64,000 nucleotides of DNA from Candidatus Zymogenus saltonus (GTDB taxonomy: Bacteria; Desulfobacterota; Zymogenia; Zymogenales; Zymogenaceae): the NCBI GenBank assembly GCA_016929395.1, contig JAFGIX010000025.1, forward strand, positions 27,720 through 91,719. Reading direction: 5' to 3'. The notes under the pieces are model-generated. The model was not told the DNA's origin, ran no database searches, and was given only the letters and a program-made list of their open reading frames with translations. The number at the start of each line of letters is the position of its first letter. Positions within the stretch are counted from its first letter, which is position 1. Shown here piece after piece: positions 40,816 to 51,900 of this stretch. The translations under genes were made by a program, and so were the position numbers.

Positions 40816-43128
40816 ATGACAAATGCACTGGTTATAGTTGAGTCTCCCGCAAAGGCAAAAACGATAGAGAAGTTCCTCGGCGGTGGATTCAAGGTCCTGG
40901 CGTCCTACGGACACGTCCGCTCGATCCCCAGCAAGAAGGGATCGGTAGACATCGAGAAAGACTTCGAGCCGAAGTACGCCGTTATCGAGAACAAACAGAA
41001 GTACATCGACATAATTGAGGCTGAGATAAAAAAGGGGGTTGACGAAATATACCTCGCCACAGACCTCGACAGGGAAGGAGAGGCGATAGCATGGCATCTC
41101 ACGGTCGTTTTGGGAATCGACAACGGCAACGGGAAGGTGACCGTGCACAGGATAAGGTTTTCGGAAATCACCCAGAGCGCCATCAGTGATGCGGTGAAAA
41201 ATCCGGAGAAGATATCCAAGGATCTCGTCAACGCCCAGAGGGCAAGGGAGATACTTGACTATCTTGTCGGCTTCAACCTTAGCCCATTCCTCTGGAAGAA
41301 GGTCAAGTTCGGGCTTTCGGCGGGTAGGGTACAGTCGGTTGCCCTGAGGATGATCTGTGAGCGTGAAAAAGAGATCGAGGCGTTCGATCCCGAGGAGTTC
41401 TGGACGATCACGGGCATTTTTACCGATGAGGGCAGGTACGATCCGTTTTCGGCAAACCTGATCTCGGTGAAGGGCGAGAAGCTGGACAAGTTCGACATAG
41501 CGAGCGAGAAGAAGGCGGTCGAGATAATCGACGACATGACGGGCCTGAAGTTTTCGGTGGGCGAGATAAGGAGGAGGGACACCAAGAGGTCCCCTTACCC
41601 CCCGTATATTACCAGCACGCTTCAGCAGGACGCGTCGAACAAGCTCGGCTTTACGGCAAAGAGGACCATGGATGTGGCCCAGAAGCTCTACACGGGTAAG
41701 GAGGTAAATGGAGAGCTGGTCGGCCTGATAACGTACATGAGGACAGACAGCAACAACATCGCCGAGTCCGCACTTGCAGAGGCGAAGGAGGTTATCGAGG
41801 GCACATTTGGCGACACATACTCGCTGAAGTCGCCGAGGCGCTTTGCAAAAAAGGTCAGGGGCGCCCAGGAGGCCCACGAGGCTATTCGTCCAACGTCGTT
41901 CAAGAGAGAACCGAAGTCTCTAAAGAAATTCCTCACGAGGGAAGAGTACAGGCTCTATGACCTTATCTGGAAGAGGGCACTGGCCTCTCAGATGACAGAT
42001 ATGATTTTGGACTCCATATCGGTGGACATTGTATCGGAGAGGGGGGATCTTTTCAGGACGACCGGTTCCACCGTGAAGTTCCCAGGGTTTTCCAAGGTCT
42101 ATCCGGTGGCGAAGGACGACGAGGCGGCAGCCATAGGGGAAAATCTCAAAAAGTATAAGGGGGGAGAGCCCCTCTCAACCATAGGATTTGTCCCAGAACA
42201 GCACTACACGGCACCGCCGCCGAGATACAACGAGGCATCTCTCATAAGGGCCCTCGAAGAGCATGGGATAGGAAGGCCCTCCACTTACGCCGGGATAATA
42301 AACACGCTCAAAACGAGAAAATACGTGAGGATAGTCGACAGGCGTTTTTTCCCCGAAGATGTCGGGATGATAGTGAGCGATCTTCTGGTAAACCATTTCA
42401 ACAGGTATGTCGACTACGAGTTTACCGCCCATATGGAAGAAGACCTCGATAACATAGCCGGGGGGAAGATGGAGTGGCTCCCGATGATAAAAGATTTCTG
42501 GGGGCCGTTCAACGAGCTCCTCGATGTCAAGGATAGAGAGGTGAGAAAGGAGGACGTTTACAATCAGAAGACGGACAAAACTTGTCCGGAGTGCGGAAAG
42601 CCGGTATTGATAAAGCTGGGCAAGTTCGGGAGATTCTACGCCTGCAGCGGTTATCCCGACTGCCGGTACGTCGCCCCCCTTGAGGGTAGGGAGGAGGAGG
42701 TCCCGGAGACGGATGAGATTTGCGAAAAGTGCGGAAAGCCGATGCAGGTAAAGAAGAGCAAGTACGGGTACTTCCTCGGCTGTACGGGATATCCCGAATG
42801 CAAATTCAACAAGCCGATTAAGGCTCCTTTCGACACGGAAGTAACCTGTCCGGAGTGCGGCAAGGGGACGCTCGTGGAGAGGGAGGGAAAGACAAAGAGG
42901 AGCAAGGGGATGGTATTTTACGGGTGCTCGAGGTTTCCCAAGTGCAACTACACCATAAGGGAGCGCCCGTATCCGGAACCGTGCCCCAAATGCGGTGCGC
43001 CATTCGTCGTCCTCAAGACGGATAAGGACGGCACGAAAAGACTGGAGTGTATAAAGGATAATTGTGACCACTCGGAAGAGATAGGGTTAAAGGACCTTGA
43101 GAGGTTAGAAAAGAGGAAAAGTGCCTGA
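40816..43128 (+). CDS. topA: DNA topoisomerase I
   Basis: Toprim (ALVIVESPAKAKTIEKFLG), catalytic core and four C-terminal C4 zinc ribbons. Confidence 0.9.
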   Translation: MTNALVIVESPAKAKTIEKFLGGGFKVLASYGHVRSIPSKKGSVDIEKDFEPKYAVIENKQKYIDIIEAEIKKGVDEIYLATDLDREGEAIAWHLTVVLGIDNGNGKVTVHRIRFSEITQSAISDAVKNPEKISKDLVNAQRAREILDYLVGFNLSPFLWKKVKFGLSAGRVQSVALRMICEREKEIEAFDPEEFWTITGIFTDEGRYDPFSANLISVKGEKLDKFDIASEKKAVEIIDDMTGLKFSVGEIRRRDTKRSPYPPYITSTLQQDASNKLGFTAKRTMDVAQKLYTGKEVNGELVGLITYMRTDSNNIAESALAEAKEVIEGTFGDTYSLKSPRRFAKKVRGAQEAHEAIRPTSFKREPKSLKKFLTREEYRLYDLIWKRALASQMTDMILDSISVDIVSERGDLFRTTGSTVKFPGFSKVYPVAKDDEAAAIGENLKKYKGGEPLSTIGFVPEQHYTAPPPRYNEASLIRALEEHGIGRPSTYAGIINTLKTRKYVRIVDRRFFPEDVGMIVSDLLVNHFNRYVDYEFTAHMEEDLDNIAGGKMEWLPMIKDFWGPFNELLDVKDREVRKEDVYNQKTDKTCPECGKPVLIKLGKFGRFYACSGYPDCRYVAPLEGREEEVPETDEICEKCGKPMQVKKSKYGYFLGCTGYPECKFNKPIKAPFDTEVTCPECGKGTLVEREGKTKRSKGMVFYGCSRFPKCNYTIRERPYPEPCPKCGAPFVVLKTDKDGTKRLECIKDNCDHSEEIGLKDLERLEKRKSA

Positions 43129-44437
43129 GATAGTAGTAATAGGGGGTGGCCTTGCGGGGTCGGAGGCCGCCTGGAAGGCCTCGAAGATGGGGGTAAAGGT
43201 CACCCTCTACGAGATGAAGCCAAAGAAATTCTCCCCAGCCCACAAGAGCGGAGGACTTGCGGAGCTTGTCTGCAGCAACTCCCTGAGATCGGAATCGGAG
43301 GAGAACGCGTCCGGTCTCCTGAAAAAGGAGATGACGATCCTGGACTCCATCATCATCTCAGCCGCCGAAAAGACGAGGGTGCCGGCGGGCTCGGCCCTGG
43401 CCGTCGACAGGCAGAGGTTCTCGGAATATATCACCGATAAATTGAAATCGGAGCCTAATATCGAGATAGTGACCGAAGAGGTGGGAAAGCTCGAATTCGA
43501 CGTGCCCACAGTTGTGGCCACTGGTCCCCTGACAACGGAGGGTCTCACGGAGGAGATAATGGGGCTGACGGGGAGCGACAAACTTTTTTTCTACGACGCC
43601 ATCTCCCCGATCATATTTACCGAGAGCATAAATATGAATGCGGCCTTTCGCGGCTCCCGGTACGGAAAGGGGGGCGATGACTACATTAATCTTCCGATGA
43701 GCGAAGAGGAATACTACGGATTAGTAAGGGAGATAAAGAAGGCCGACGAGGTGACCCCCCACTCCTTCGAGGACAAAAAAATATTCGAGGGGTGTCTCCC
43801 CATTGAGGTGATGGTGAGAAGGGGGGACAACACCCTAGCCTTCGGTCCAATGAAGCCGGTCGGGCTCGAAGACCCGAAGACGGGAGAGCGTCCCTTTGCG
43901 GTCGTCCAGTTGAGGCAGGAGAACAAAGAGGGGACGCTTTACAATATAGTCGGCTTCCAGACAAGGCTCAAGCAGGGAGAGCAGGACAGGGTGTTCAGGA
44001 TGATACCGGGCCTTGAAAACGCCCAGTTCGCCCGTTACGGAAGCGTCCACAGAAACACGTTCATTTCATCTCCTCGGCTCCTCTTTCCGACCCTTGAGCT
44101 GAAGAGGAGGCCCGGTCTCTTCATATCGGGCCAACTGGTGGGTGTCGAGGGATACGTGGAGTCTGCGGCGATGGGAATCCTGTCGGGCATCAACGCCGCG
44201 CTTCTTGCCCTGAACGAGGGCTTGATGATTCCCCCCAGAGACACGGCCCTGGGCTCCCTCGTTTCTTATATCACCGACAAGAGAAACAGGGACTTTCAGC
44301 CGATGAATATAAATTTCGGCCTTTTCCCGTCGCCCCCGGCGGGGGTTAGGAAAAAGGACAGGAAGAGATACATGGTTAAGAGGGCATTAAAAGAGATGGG
44401 GCTTTGGGAAGAGAAGATAAGTCGGCTGACCGCCTAA
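43121..44437 (+). CDS. trmFO: Methylenetetrahydrofolate--tRNA-(uracil54-C5)-methyltransferase TrmFO
   Basis: IVVIGGGLAGSEAAW FAD motif. Length 438 aa. Overlaps the topA stop. Confidence 0.85.
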   Translation: MPEIVVIGGGLAGSEAAWKASKMGVKVTLYEMKPKKFSPAHKSGGLAELVCSNSLRSESEENASGLLKKEMTILDSIIISAAEKTRVPAGSALAVDRQRFSEYITDKLKSEPNIEIVTEEVGKLEFDVPTVVATGPLTTEGLTEEIMGLTGSDKLFFYDAISPIIFTESINMNAAFRGSRYGKGGDDYINLPMSEEEYYGLVREIKKADEVTPHSFEDKKIFEGCLPIEVMVRRGDNTLAFGPMKPVGLEDPKTGERPFAVVQLRQENKEGTLYNIVGFQTRLKQGEQDRVFRMIPGLENAQFARYGSVHRNTFISSPRLLFPTLELKRRPGLFISGQLVGVEGYVESAAMGILSGINAALLALNEGLMIPPRDTALGSLVSYITDKRNRDFQPMNINFGLFPSPPAGVRKKDRKRYMVKRALKEMGLWEEKISRLTA

Positions 44438-44499
44438 ATCCCTCGGCGCAGTCGGTATGTCAAAAGGGTATGACCCGTATTACGCATTTAATAGAAAAA

Positions 44500-44838
44500 A
44501 TGGGGGATATGATGGACAGTGAATCATCGGCTCTGGTGATTTTTGTGACGGCGGGAAGCGAGATTGAAGCGGAAAATATCGCCATGGCACTTGTCCAGGA
44601 TAGGCTTACCGCGTGTGTCAGCATAGTCCCGAAGATAAGGTCGATTTACATCTGGGAGGAGAAGCTCGAGAAGGAGGAGGAGATCCTTCTGATCATCAAG
44701 ACCCGAGAGGCGCTATTTGAAAGGGTAAGGGGAAGGGTCAAGGAGCTTCATAGCTACTCCGTCCCGGAGATAATAGCCCTGCCCGTAACAAATGCGCTCA
44801 AGGAGTATCTCGACTGGATTTTTGAGGTGACGGTCTGA
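44500..44838 (+). CDS. cutA: Divalent-cation tolerance protein CutA
   Basis: ALVIFVTAGSEIEAENIAMALVQDRLTACVSIVPKIRSIYIWEEKLEKEEEILLIIKT. Start chosen at the ATG at 44500, giving a typical ~112 aa. Confidence 0.8.
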   Translation: MGDMMDSESSALVIFVTAGSEIEAENIAMALVQDRLTACVSIVPKIRSIYIWEEKLEKEEEILLIIKTREALFERVRGRVKELHSYSVPEIIALPVTNALKEYLDWIFEVTV

Positions 44839-45319
44839 TTACATTAAGCTTGGGAGTGGTTTTTTATAAGAAGGGCAGGGGAGATTATTAAAACGTGTTA
44901 GGAGGGCTGTTCATCGTAACAACGGGTGGACTGGGTCAAGGGTAAAATGTTTTTCTAACTCCGGTCTGGGAAAAAATTCGAGGGCGATAGATGAATAGAG
45001 GGAGAGCATCGAGACTCCTGTCAGGATGTAATAACACCTTGACAAAAAGGAGAGGGACGGGGATTAAAAAGGAGTGTTTCATGCGTCGTATGTTGGGCAT
45101 TGTGAAATCGGGACAAGGTTTGGACGGCGTAGGAGATGCCTTAAGTGGACCGGCGGCAAGTCAGAAACGCCGATAGAACATCGAGCAGGCGATACATGAG
45201 GGGGTGTAGATCGGAGGAAAAAATGAGCGGAGATTTGAGGGGAGAGAGGAGCTAAGATTGAGGGAAAAAGTGAGGCGGAGATTGAAGGGAGGGAAAGGGG
45301 ATCGTTCTACTTATTCGAC

Positions 45320-45823
45320 TTACTCATTGTCCAGCTGAGAGAGAGCCTTTTTAAGAACAGAGCCGATAAACTCCTTCAGCTCCTCGTCTTCAATATCTTC
45401 GGTAAGCTTTTTAAGCCTTTTCATAGCTGTTTTTGAAGGAGGGACGGTTTTTTTGTCCTTCGGCACGTGGGGCAGGGTCTCCAATTCCACCGGTATCTCC
45501 CCCTGGATGAATCTGATCTCTTTAACGATGTCGTCACCGAGCCTCTTGTTGAGTTTTTTGATTATCTTTTCCTTCATCATCGTGAGCTGCTGAGTCCATG
45601 TCGGATTTTTTGTGATCACAACAAGCGCCCCGCGGTTGATCTGCTTTGGGGCCGAGTTCTTTGCGACCCTGTCTCCAACCACCTCGCCCCACACGGAAAA
45701 TACTTTGTGCTCCTCTACCTTGGCTCCCCATCCCCTGTTCTTGAGGATGTCCCTTATTATATCTGATATTTCCCCGCCGTTTTGGTATTTGTCGCGCTCA
45801 TCCATGTCAGAATGGTAACACAT
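45320..45823 (-). CDS. DUF721 (DciA-like) protein
   Basis: VWGEVVGDRVAKNSAPKQINRGALVVITKNPTWTQQL pattern of DUF721. Confidence 0.55.
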   Translation of the reverse strand: MCYHSDMDERDKYQNGGEISDIIRDILKNRGWGAKVEEHKVFSVWGEVVGDRVAKNSAPKQINRGALVVITKNPTWTQQLTMMKEKIIKKLNKRLGDDIVKEIRFIQGEIPVELETLPHVPKDKKTVPPSKTAMKRLKKLTEDIEDEELKEFIGSVLKKALSQLDNE

Positions 45824-46029
45824 TAAAAATTTCAGTCAATTGTTTTTCGACTTGAAAAAGGGCGTCTAATATTCTATTATTCTATGAAATTCACTTGGTT
45901 AAAAAAGATTAGCGCCTTCTGACTTTTTCTTGATTTCAAGAGAAAATACTATATAATTACGTTGTATGTGTAAAGATTTCTGACATCGAAGTAAAGCGGT
46001 TTTTTTCAAACGGGACTTGGAGATGGGCG

Positions 46030-46521
46030 ATGAGGATCGGTGTGATATCCGATACGCACATTTCATCCGTTGGGGATGATTTCAAGGATTTCGTAAAAAT
46101 CCACTTTTCCGATGTGGATGTAATAATCCACGCAGGGGACTTTATCGACGTATCCGTTGCAGAATATTTGTACAATTACGCCGAGCTCAATTTCTACGGT
46201 GTATCCGGCAATATGGATCGGGGCGTGATACAGGATGAATTGCCTAAGAAAAGGGTGGAGAATTTCGATGGGGTGAGGATAGGGATTATTCACGGATGGG
46301 GTTCGCCGAGCGATTTGCCGTCGAGGGTCGCCGCAGAGTTTTCCGTAGATTCGGTTGACTGCGTGGTGTTCGGACACAGCCACACGGCGATGAACAGAAG
46401 GGAAGGCGGCGTGCTCCTCTTTAATCCAGGGGCCCCGTTTGACAGGAGGTTTTCGAGGGACAACACCATAGGTTATCTGACAGTGGACAGCGGAATAGAA
46501 GGGGAGATAGTTTCGATTTGA
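46030..46521 (+). CDS. YfcE/MJ0936-family metallophosphoesterase
   Basis: RIGVISDTH...HAGDF...GHSH metallophosphatase motifs. Confidence 0.75.
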   Translation: MRIGVISDTHISSVGDDFKDFVKIHFSDVDVIIHAGDFIDVSVAEYLYNYAELNFYGVSGNMDRGVIQDELPKKRVENFDGVRIGIIHGWGSPSDLPSRVAAEFSVDSVDCVVFGHSHTAMNRREGGVLLFNPGAPFDRRFSRDNTIGYLTVDSGIEGEIVSI

Positions 46522-47039
46522 ACGGCGAAAAAAGAGAGAACCTCTGGGCGCCTTGGAGGATAGAATACATTAAGGGTGAGGGGAGCAGGGAGAAGGGCTG
46601 TATCTTTTGTAACAGACTGAAGGAGGAGAGAGACAGGGAAAACCTGATTCTTGCTAGGGGTGATCACTCTTTCATTATAATGAATCGTTATCCCTACAAC
46701 AACGGCCACCTGATGGTTACCCCGTATCGTCACATTGGCGATATTCTAAAGCTGAAAAGAGAGGAACTGCTCGAGATATTTTCCCTTGTGAAGGTCTCGA
46801 CGGAAGCGATATCCAGAACGATGAATCCCAGCGGATTCAACATTGGGATGAACCTAGGAAAGGTGGCCGGGGCCGGGGTGGACGATCATATTCATGTTCA
46901 TGTCGTGCCGCGATGGGAGGGAGACACAAACTTCATGCCGGTTCTGGGGGAGGTCAAGGTGATCTCGGAGCATATACTATCGACTTACGATACCCTTAAG
47001 GGCGAAATAATAAACTTTTTAGATAAGGAGAAGCCATGA
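46518..47039 (+). CDS. HIT-superfamily (GalT/Ap4A-phosphorylase-like) nucleotide transferase/hydrolase
   Basis: CIFC zinc-knuckle-like segment plus the HIHVHVVPR histidine triad. Confidence 0.7.
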   Translation: MNGEKRENLWAPWRIEYIKGEGSREKGCIFCNRLKEERDRENLILARGDHSFIIMNRYPYNNGHLMVTPYRHIGDILKLKREELLEIFSLVKVSTEAISRTMNPSGFNIGMNLGKVAGAGVDDHIHVHVVPRWEGDTNFMPVLGEVKVISEHILSTYDTLKGEIINFLDKEKP

Positions 47040-47692
47040 AATATATTAAAATAATCCTGTTTACGGCGATTGTAATGATCCTCGTGCTCTTTGCGGTGAG
47101 GAATCAGGGGATGGTGAACTTCGTCTTGGGCTATAAGACCACTTTCATGATGGGGACTGAGGCCAAAGAGGAAGTAAATAAGGAAAAGGAGATAAAAGAG
47201 AAGGCCGGAACCGAAGCGGCCACCCCTAATGGCGAAGTTCCGACGGGCACAGAAGCCGGAGTTGAATTCATTCCATCGGATGAGGTAACGGCCCCCGAAT
47301 CTGTGGTCGTAACGGAGACGGAAAAGGCTCCCAGAGAGATAGGATACGAAAGGGAGTTTGAGATACCCCTCTTCCTGCTCGTGTTTATTGAGGCGTTTGT
47401 CTTGATACTCCTGATGTCCCTTGTGGGAATATTCGAGGATATATCGTTGAGACAAAGAATAAGGGGGCTGAACAAGGAAAATAAAAAGATGAAATCGGAG
47501 CTTAATATCCTTAAAAAGGGCGAAAGGGAACCGGAAAAGACCAAAGCCGGAAAAACGGAAGAAGGCGCCAAGATCACCGATGAAGAGAAATCTGACAAGG
47601 GGAAGAAGGAAGCAAAGAAGAAGGGGTCTTTTTTGAAAAATATCAAAGGGGAAAAGAAAACGCTGCCTGAGGGTGAAGATAAGGGATTGTAA
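47036..47692 (+). CDS. Membrane protein with a LapA-like (DUF1049) N-terminal TM region and a Lys/Glu-rich C-terminus
   Basis: ILFTAIVMILVLFAVRNQGMVNFVLGY, a second TM, then a KE-rich tail. Confidence 0.4.
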   Translation: MKYIKIILFTAIVMILVLFAVRNQGMVNFVLGYKTTFMMGTEAKEEVNKEKEIKEKAGTEAATPNGEVPTGTEAGVEFIPSDEVTAPESVVVTETEKAPREIGYEREFEIPLFLLVFIEAFVLILLMSLVGIFEDISLRQRIRGLNKENKKMKSELNILKKGEREPEKTKAGKTEEGAKITDEEKSDKGKKEAKKKGSFLKNIKGEKKTLPEGEDKGL

Positions 47693-47786
47693 CTTGTTTT
47701 ATTTCCGCCTCGGAGTGAATAGTATTGGAAGAAGAGCGGCGTTGGTGTATTGAGGCTGAAATGGAGAGATGGCCGTTGAATTAAGT

Positions 47787-47943
47787 GAAGATAGGGAGAT
47801 AACGCTTAAAGGCTGTTTGGGGGCGAGGTACCACGAGATATAAATAGTAATATTGAATAAGAGTAGCGATGGTGTTTTGAAAGTTGAGATGGGGAAGTGA
47901 CGCTTAAAGGCTGTTTGGGAGAGAAGTACCACGAGATATAAAA
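47787..47943. repeat. Two ~58-bp direct repeats 97 bp apart in the intergenic region upstream of the radical SAM operon
   Basis: GAAGATAGGGAGATAACGCTTAAAGGCTGTTTGGGGGCGAGGTACCACGAGATATAAA versus GTTGAGATGGGGAAGTGACGCTTAAAGGCTGTTTGGGAGAGAAGTACCACGAGATATAAA. Confidence 0.55.
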
Positions 47944-48087
47944 TTACAAATGCATTGTGATTTGATTTTTCGTTTTCAAACTCGACAAATAGCACAAAGC
48001 AGGATCGCTGTGGTATATCGAAATGGAGATGGGCAAAGTGGAGATGCGGAGGCAACTTTTTAAGGCTATTTCTTTAAACAGGGCAAC

Positions 48088-48960
48088 ATGAGATATGAAG
48101 GTATTGTAATCCGCCCGCCAAGCGAGGCGGGAAGTCTGATCCTCCAGGTTACATTGGGCTGCTCTCACAACAAGTGCACTTTTTGTCCGACATACAAAAA
48201 AAAGAAATTCAAGATCAGGCCACTTGAATCCATCAGGGCCGACCTGAAAGAGGTCATGGGGTGCGGGAGGATAAGGAGGATATTTTTGGCCGACGGCGAC
48301 GCGCTCATAATCCCCCAGAAGACTTTAGGTCCGATTTTCGACAGCATAAATGAGTTTATATACGGGATCGACAGGATCGGGATATACGGAAACGTCAAAA
48401 GCATATTGAGAAAGACCCCTGAAGAATTGAAGGCCCTAAAGGAGAAAGGGCTGGGGATAATCTACATGGGTCTTGAAAGCGGTGACGGCGAAATTTTAAA
48501 AAAGGTGAAGAAGGGGACGGGGCCGGAGGATGCCGTTGAAGCGGCGAGAAGGGTCAGGGAGGCCGGAATCCTCCTGTCGGTGACCGTCCTTATGGGATTG
48601 GGGGGGAAGAACGGCTCCAAGCGTCACGCCCTCGAGACGGGGAAGATCCTCTCGGAAATGAACCCCGATTTTGTAGGCGCATTGACCCTGATGATCGTTC
48701 CCGGCACCCCACTGTATGAAGATTTGCAGAAAGGCACATTTGTCCTTCCGGACCAGATGGGTTTTCTGGAAGAGCTCTATCTTATCCTCAAAAGCATAAA
48801 CGTAAACAGCTGTCTCTTTACATCAAACCACGCATCGAACTACCTTCCGTTAAGGGTAAATCTTCCCGATCAAAAAGATGAAGCAATATCTTTGATTCGC
48901 AATATCCTCGACGAAGAGAGGATAGATCTTCTTCGCCCCGAATATACAAGGGGTCTTTAG
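48088..48960 (+). CDS. Radical SAM enzyme with a non-canonical CX4CX2C cluster motif
   Basis: IRPPSEAGSLILQVTLGCSHNKCTFCPTYKKKKF, then a Gly-rich SAM-binding-like segment (IFLADGDAL) and a TIM-barrel-like remainder. Length 290 aa, with no SPASM or B12 domains. Confidence 0.7.
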   Translation: MRYEGIVIRPPSEAGSLILQVTLGCSHNKCTFCPTYKKKKFKIRPLESIRADLKEVMGCGRIRRIFLADGDALIIPQKTLGPIFDSINEFIYGIDRIGIYGNVKSILRKTPEELKALKEKGLGIIYMGLESGDGEILKKVKKGTGPEDAVEAARRVREAGILLSVTVLMGLGGKNGSKRHALETGKILSEMNPDFVGALTLMIVPGTPLYEDLQKGTFVLPDQMGFLEELYLILKSINVNSCLFTSNHASNYLPLRVNLPDQKDEAISLIRNILDEERIDLLRPEYTRGL

Positions 48961-48976
48961 GAATTCACTCCTTATC

Positions 48977-51900
48977 ATGGGATCATATTTCAGAGAAGAT
49001 TTATTTGACAGAAGGATAACACTTCTCGATAGTATTCTCGACTACACCCAGGGCATTGGAATCAGAAATAAAGATTTTTGGATGCTCAAGAAGAGCGATC
49101 TGCGCTTTTGCCTCGGGGAGACGGAGATAAATATACGAATTCCGTTTATATTCGGGGGTGAGAGTGAAGAGATAATTGAAGAGGCCCTGGAGGAGCTTCT
49201 CTCCCTTATAAAGGGACGTATCGAGCCCCCGATTATCTACGACAGCCGCGGCGGCATGATGATATCGGTGTTGGATGAAAAGGTCAAGCTCCCCCCAAAA
49301 GGGTACAGGCTCGGAGGAGATTTCACCACCAAGATCGAATATAACTCCGCACTTGTCACTCTCATTTCGGATTCCCTCATGGATGCGGGGATTATCGTAA
49401 GCTGGCTTTCTCCAAAGCTATCAGGGAGAAAGCTTATTAACGAGCTAACGAGAATTTACAGAAAGGCGATCGAAGAGGAGATAAGGTTCGGCGGGAATGA
49501 AAAGACGGCCTTTCTCACCCACCTTGCGCTATCGAAATTCTTAACCGAAAAGAAGGAGATCATAAAAAAGGTAAGCATAAAGGGAATATCTTATGAGAAG
49601 CTCGAGCGCTCGATAAGCATCTTTTTCTACGCTTTGATCCTCAGCATTATCGAGGATATATTTAACAAATTCAGGAGGAAACAGCTCTCTTACGATCTCA
49701 AGAGGATTGAGTACCTTTTAATGGGGAGCACGACACCCTTTTTCGCCCTCGGCATAAAGAACTCCCTTTTGAACAGTGAGATCAATCCATACAACCTGTC
49801 GCTGAAGATAATATCCAAACTGGAAGGCGTGTACAGCCGGACGGCTAAGAGGGCGATAAGTCTCTTCGATCTCCTCTCCAAAATGACGGAAGCCGTAATA
49901 AGAGACAAGGCGCTTTCCGATGACATCCTGGGATTCTATTCAACCAGCAAGTTCAGGGATGACATATTGGATTATCTGGTACTGTATGACGATCAGAGAG
50001 ATGAGACGAATGCATTTCTCTCACGGCTGGCGTATGACGAAAAAACCTTCAGGAGCCTTTGGGAGGATCAGAAGACGGCATCGAGGTTGATGGTGGGGCT
50101 TTACAAGATCAACGAGAGACATTTTACAGACAAGGAACGAACCACCAAGGTAAAGCAGATGATCAATCATCTGAAGGTCTACAAGAAATGGGGTACACTC
50201 CGCATGTTCTCGACGGGGAAGGAGGGGACAAAGTTCAAGATTTCGGAGGTGCTCAAGCGCTACATCGCTTATAGGGTCGATCTCGGCTACGATACGTACA
50301 TCACCACATCGAAACAAGCCTTTGAAAACAAGAAGAATAAGCTGAAGTTCAACGAACTCGTCCACAGCTACGACGAGGGGCGGCTTTACAGAATTTCCGC
50401 AGATCATAAGCTGACCTTGATAAAAAAGGAGGGGAGAAAGGAGGGCCACCTCTTTGTGGACCTCAAGGGATTTACAAGAAGGACAAGGAAATCGGGAAGC
50501 CTTGTCATGGCGGAGTTTTTAAAGCTCGAGTTTTTTTTACCTATAATAGAGGCCGCAAAAAACTACTACCTCAAAGTGGGAAAAGACCCTTCATTGGGGC
50601 TCGATCTCAACAATCTCCTGGGCGATGCGGTGACCTTTTCGGGAAATATACTTGCGCTGTTTGAGCTGGCAAAAGAGATAAGAAAGATAGTCTCGCAATA
50701 TCAGAAAAAATTGATACAGAAATACCCGGAATTTGACGAAAGGATTCAGAGGGAAAAGTTGAAGTCGAGGTATCAGGCCGATCTCAAGAGACTCAACGAG
50801 AATTCAAAGATGATAATCGGCACTATCATCGAGCTGAACGAGATCATGGATGCAAAGAGGGGCATGAGCCCGGTGGAGATGATGAAGGCCCAGTTGAGCC
50901 ATTTCAACAAGAGCATCGAGGCCTACGTAGACGCCATAGGGGAGATCTCCACAAGGATAAAGGATACGGATCGGGTGGACATAAAAGAGAGGCTGGCCGA
51001 GAGCGAAGGGGTTCTGAGAGACAAGCTGTCCTTCATAAACAAAGGGAAGAAAGAGCTAAAGATGGAAGTGGAAAAGCAGCGCCTGGAAAAGAGATCGATG
51101 GAGTTCTACAAGGAGATATGCCAGGACGAGATAGTACAGATAAGGCGGCTTAACGCAATGCTATCGACTGTCTACAAAAAGAAGACGGAGCTGGTACAAG
51201 CCTATTACGAGAAGCTCGGAGAGATAGTGGATCTTGGTATGAACACCGGGCTATATATCTCTTACGGGGATGTTGTGGAATCGGTTGATCTGAAGGACAA
51301 CATTTGGGGAGACGTCAAGGTAAACATCGCTGATAAAATAAACGAGGCCGCAAGGGGCGCGACAAGGAGTCAGAGCATCAAGAAAAGGGTGGACAGATAT
51401 GTGGAGAGGTGCTGTTTTGAGATGGAAAATCCGAATCTCATCTACCCGTTCAACGTTATAGTCGGAACGGACTATTCCTTGATAAAGCCGATAGATGAAG
51501 AGCCGACCTTCTTTGAGGAGGAGATAGACTCCATCCTTGATTATGCGGAGAGGCTCTTTGCCGATGAGTGCGACGGAGAAAAAAAGGTCTCAGGACTCGA
51601 GATATGGGAGAAGGAAAAGGAGCAGTTTAACAAGGAGTTCATCTCTACGAGTACCGATATATACAACCTCGGGGAGGCCCTGTCCGGGGATGCGCTGAGA
51701 GAGTTTATTCGGGAGAGCAGGGGCCGCCTGTACTTTTTTGAGAAGAGGGTCTTGAGGGGGGAGCTCAATCAAGAATTCTGGAAGCTCTTTGCATTCGAGG
51801 GGACCGAGATTCATCTCATTTTTGGGGTCGAGAACAAAAAGGATCGGGATCTCGTGGAGATATTCAGATACGCCGGCAACATCGATTACACGGGAACCAC

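Noticed and set aside
43121-43128. Programmed frameshift at the topA/trmFO overlap
   Set aside because: This is a simple 8-bp stop/start overlap, typical of translational coupling in operons.
44404-44499. Long N-terminal extension of CutA overlapping trmFO
   Set aside because: CutA proteins are ~105-115 aa. The ATG at 44500 gives a canonical length and sits right after the trmFO stop.
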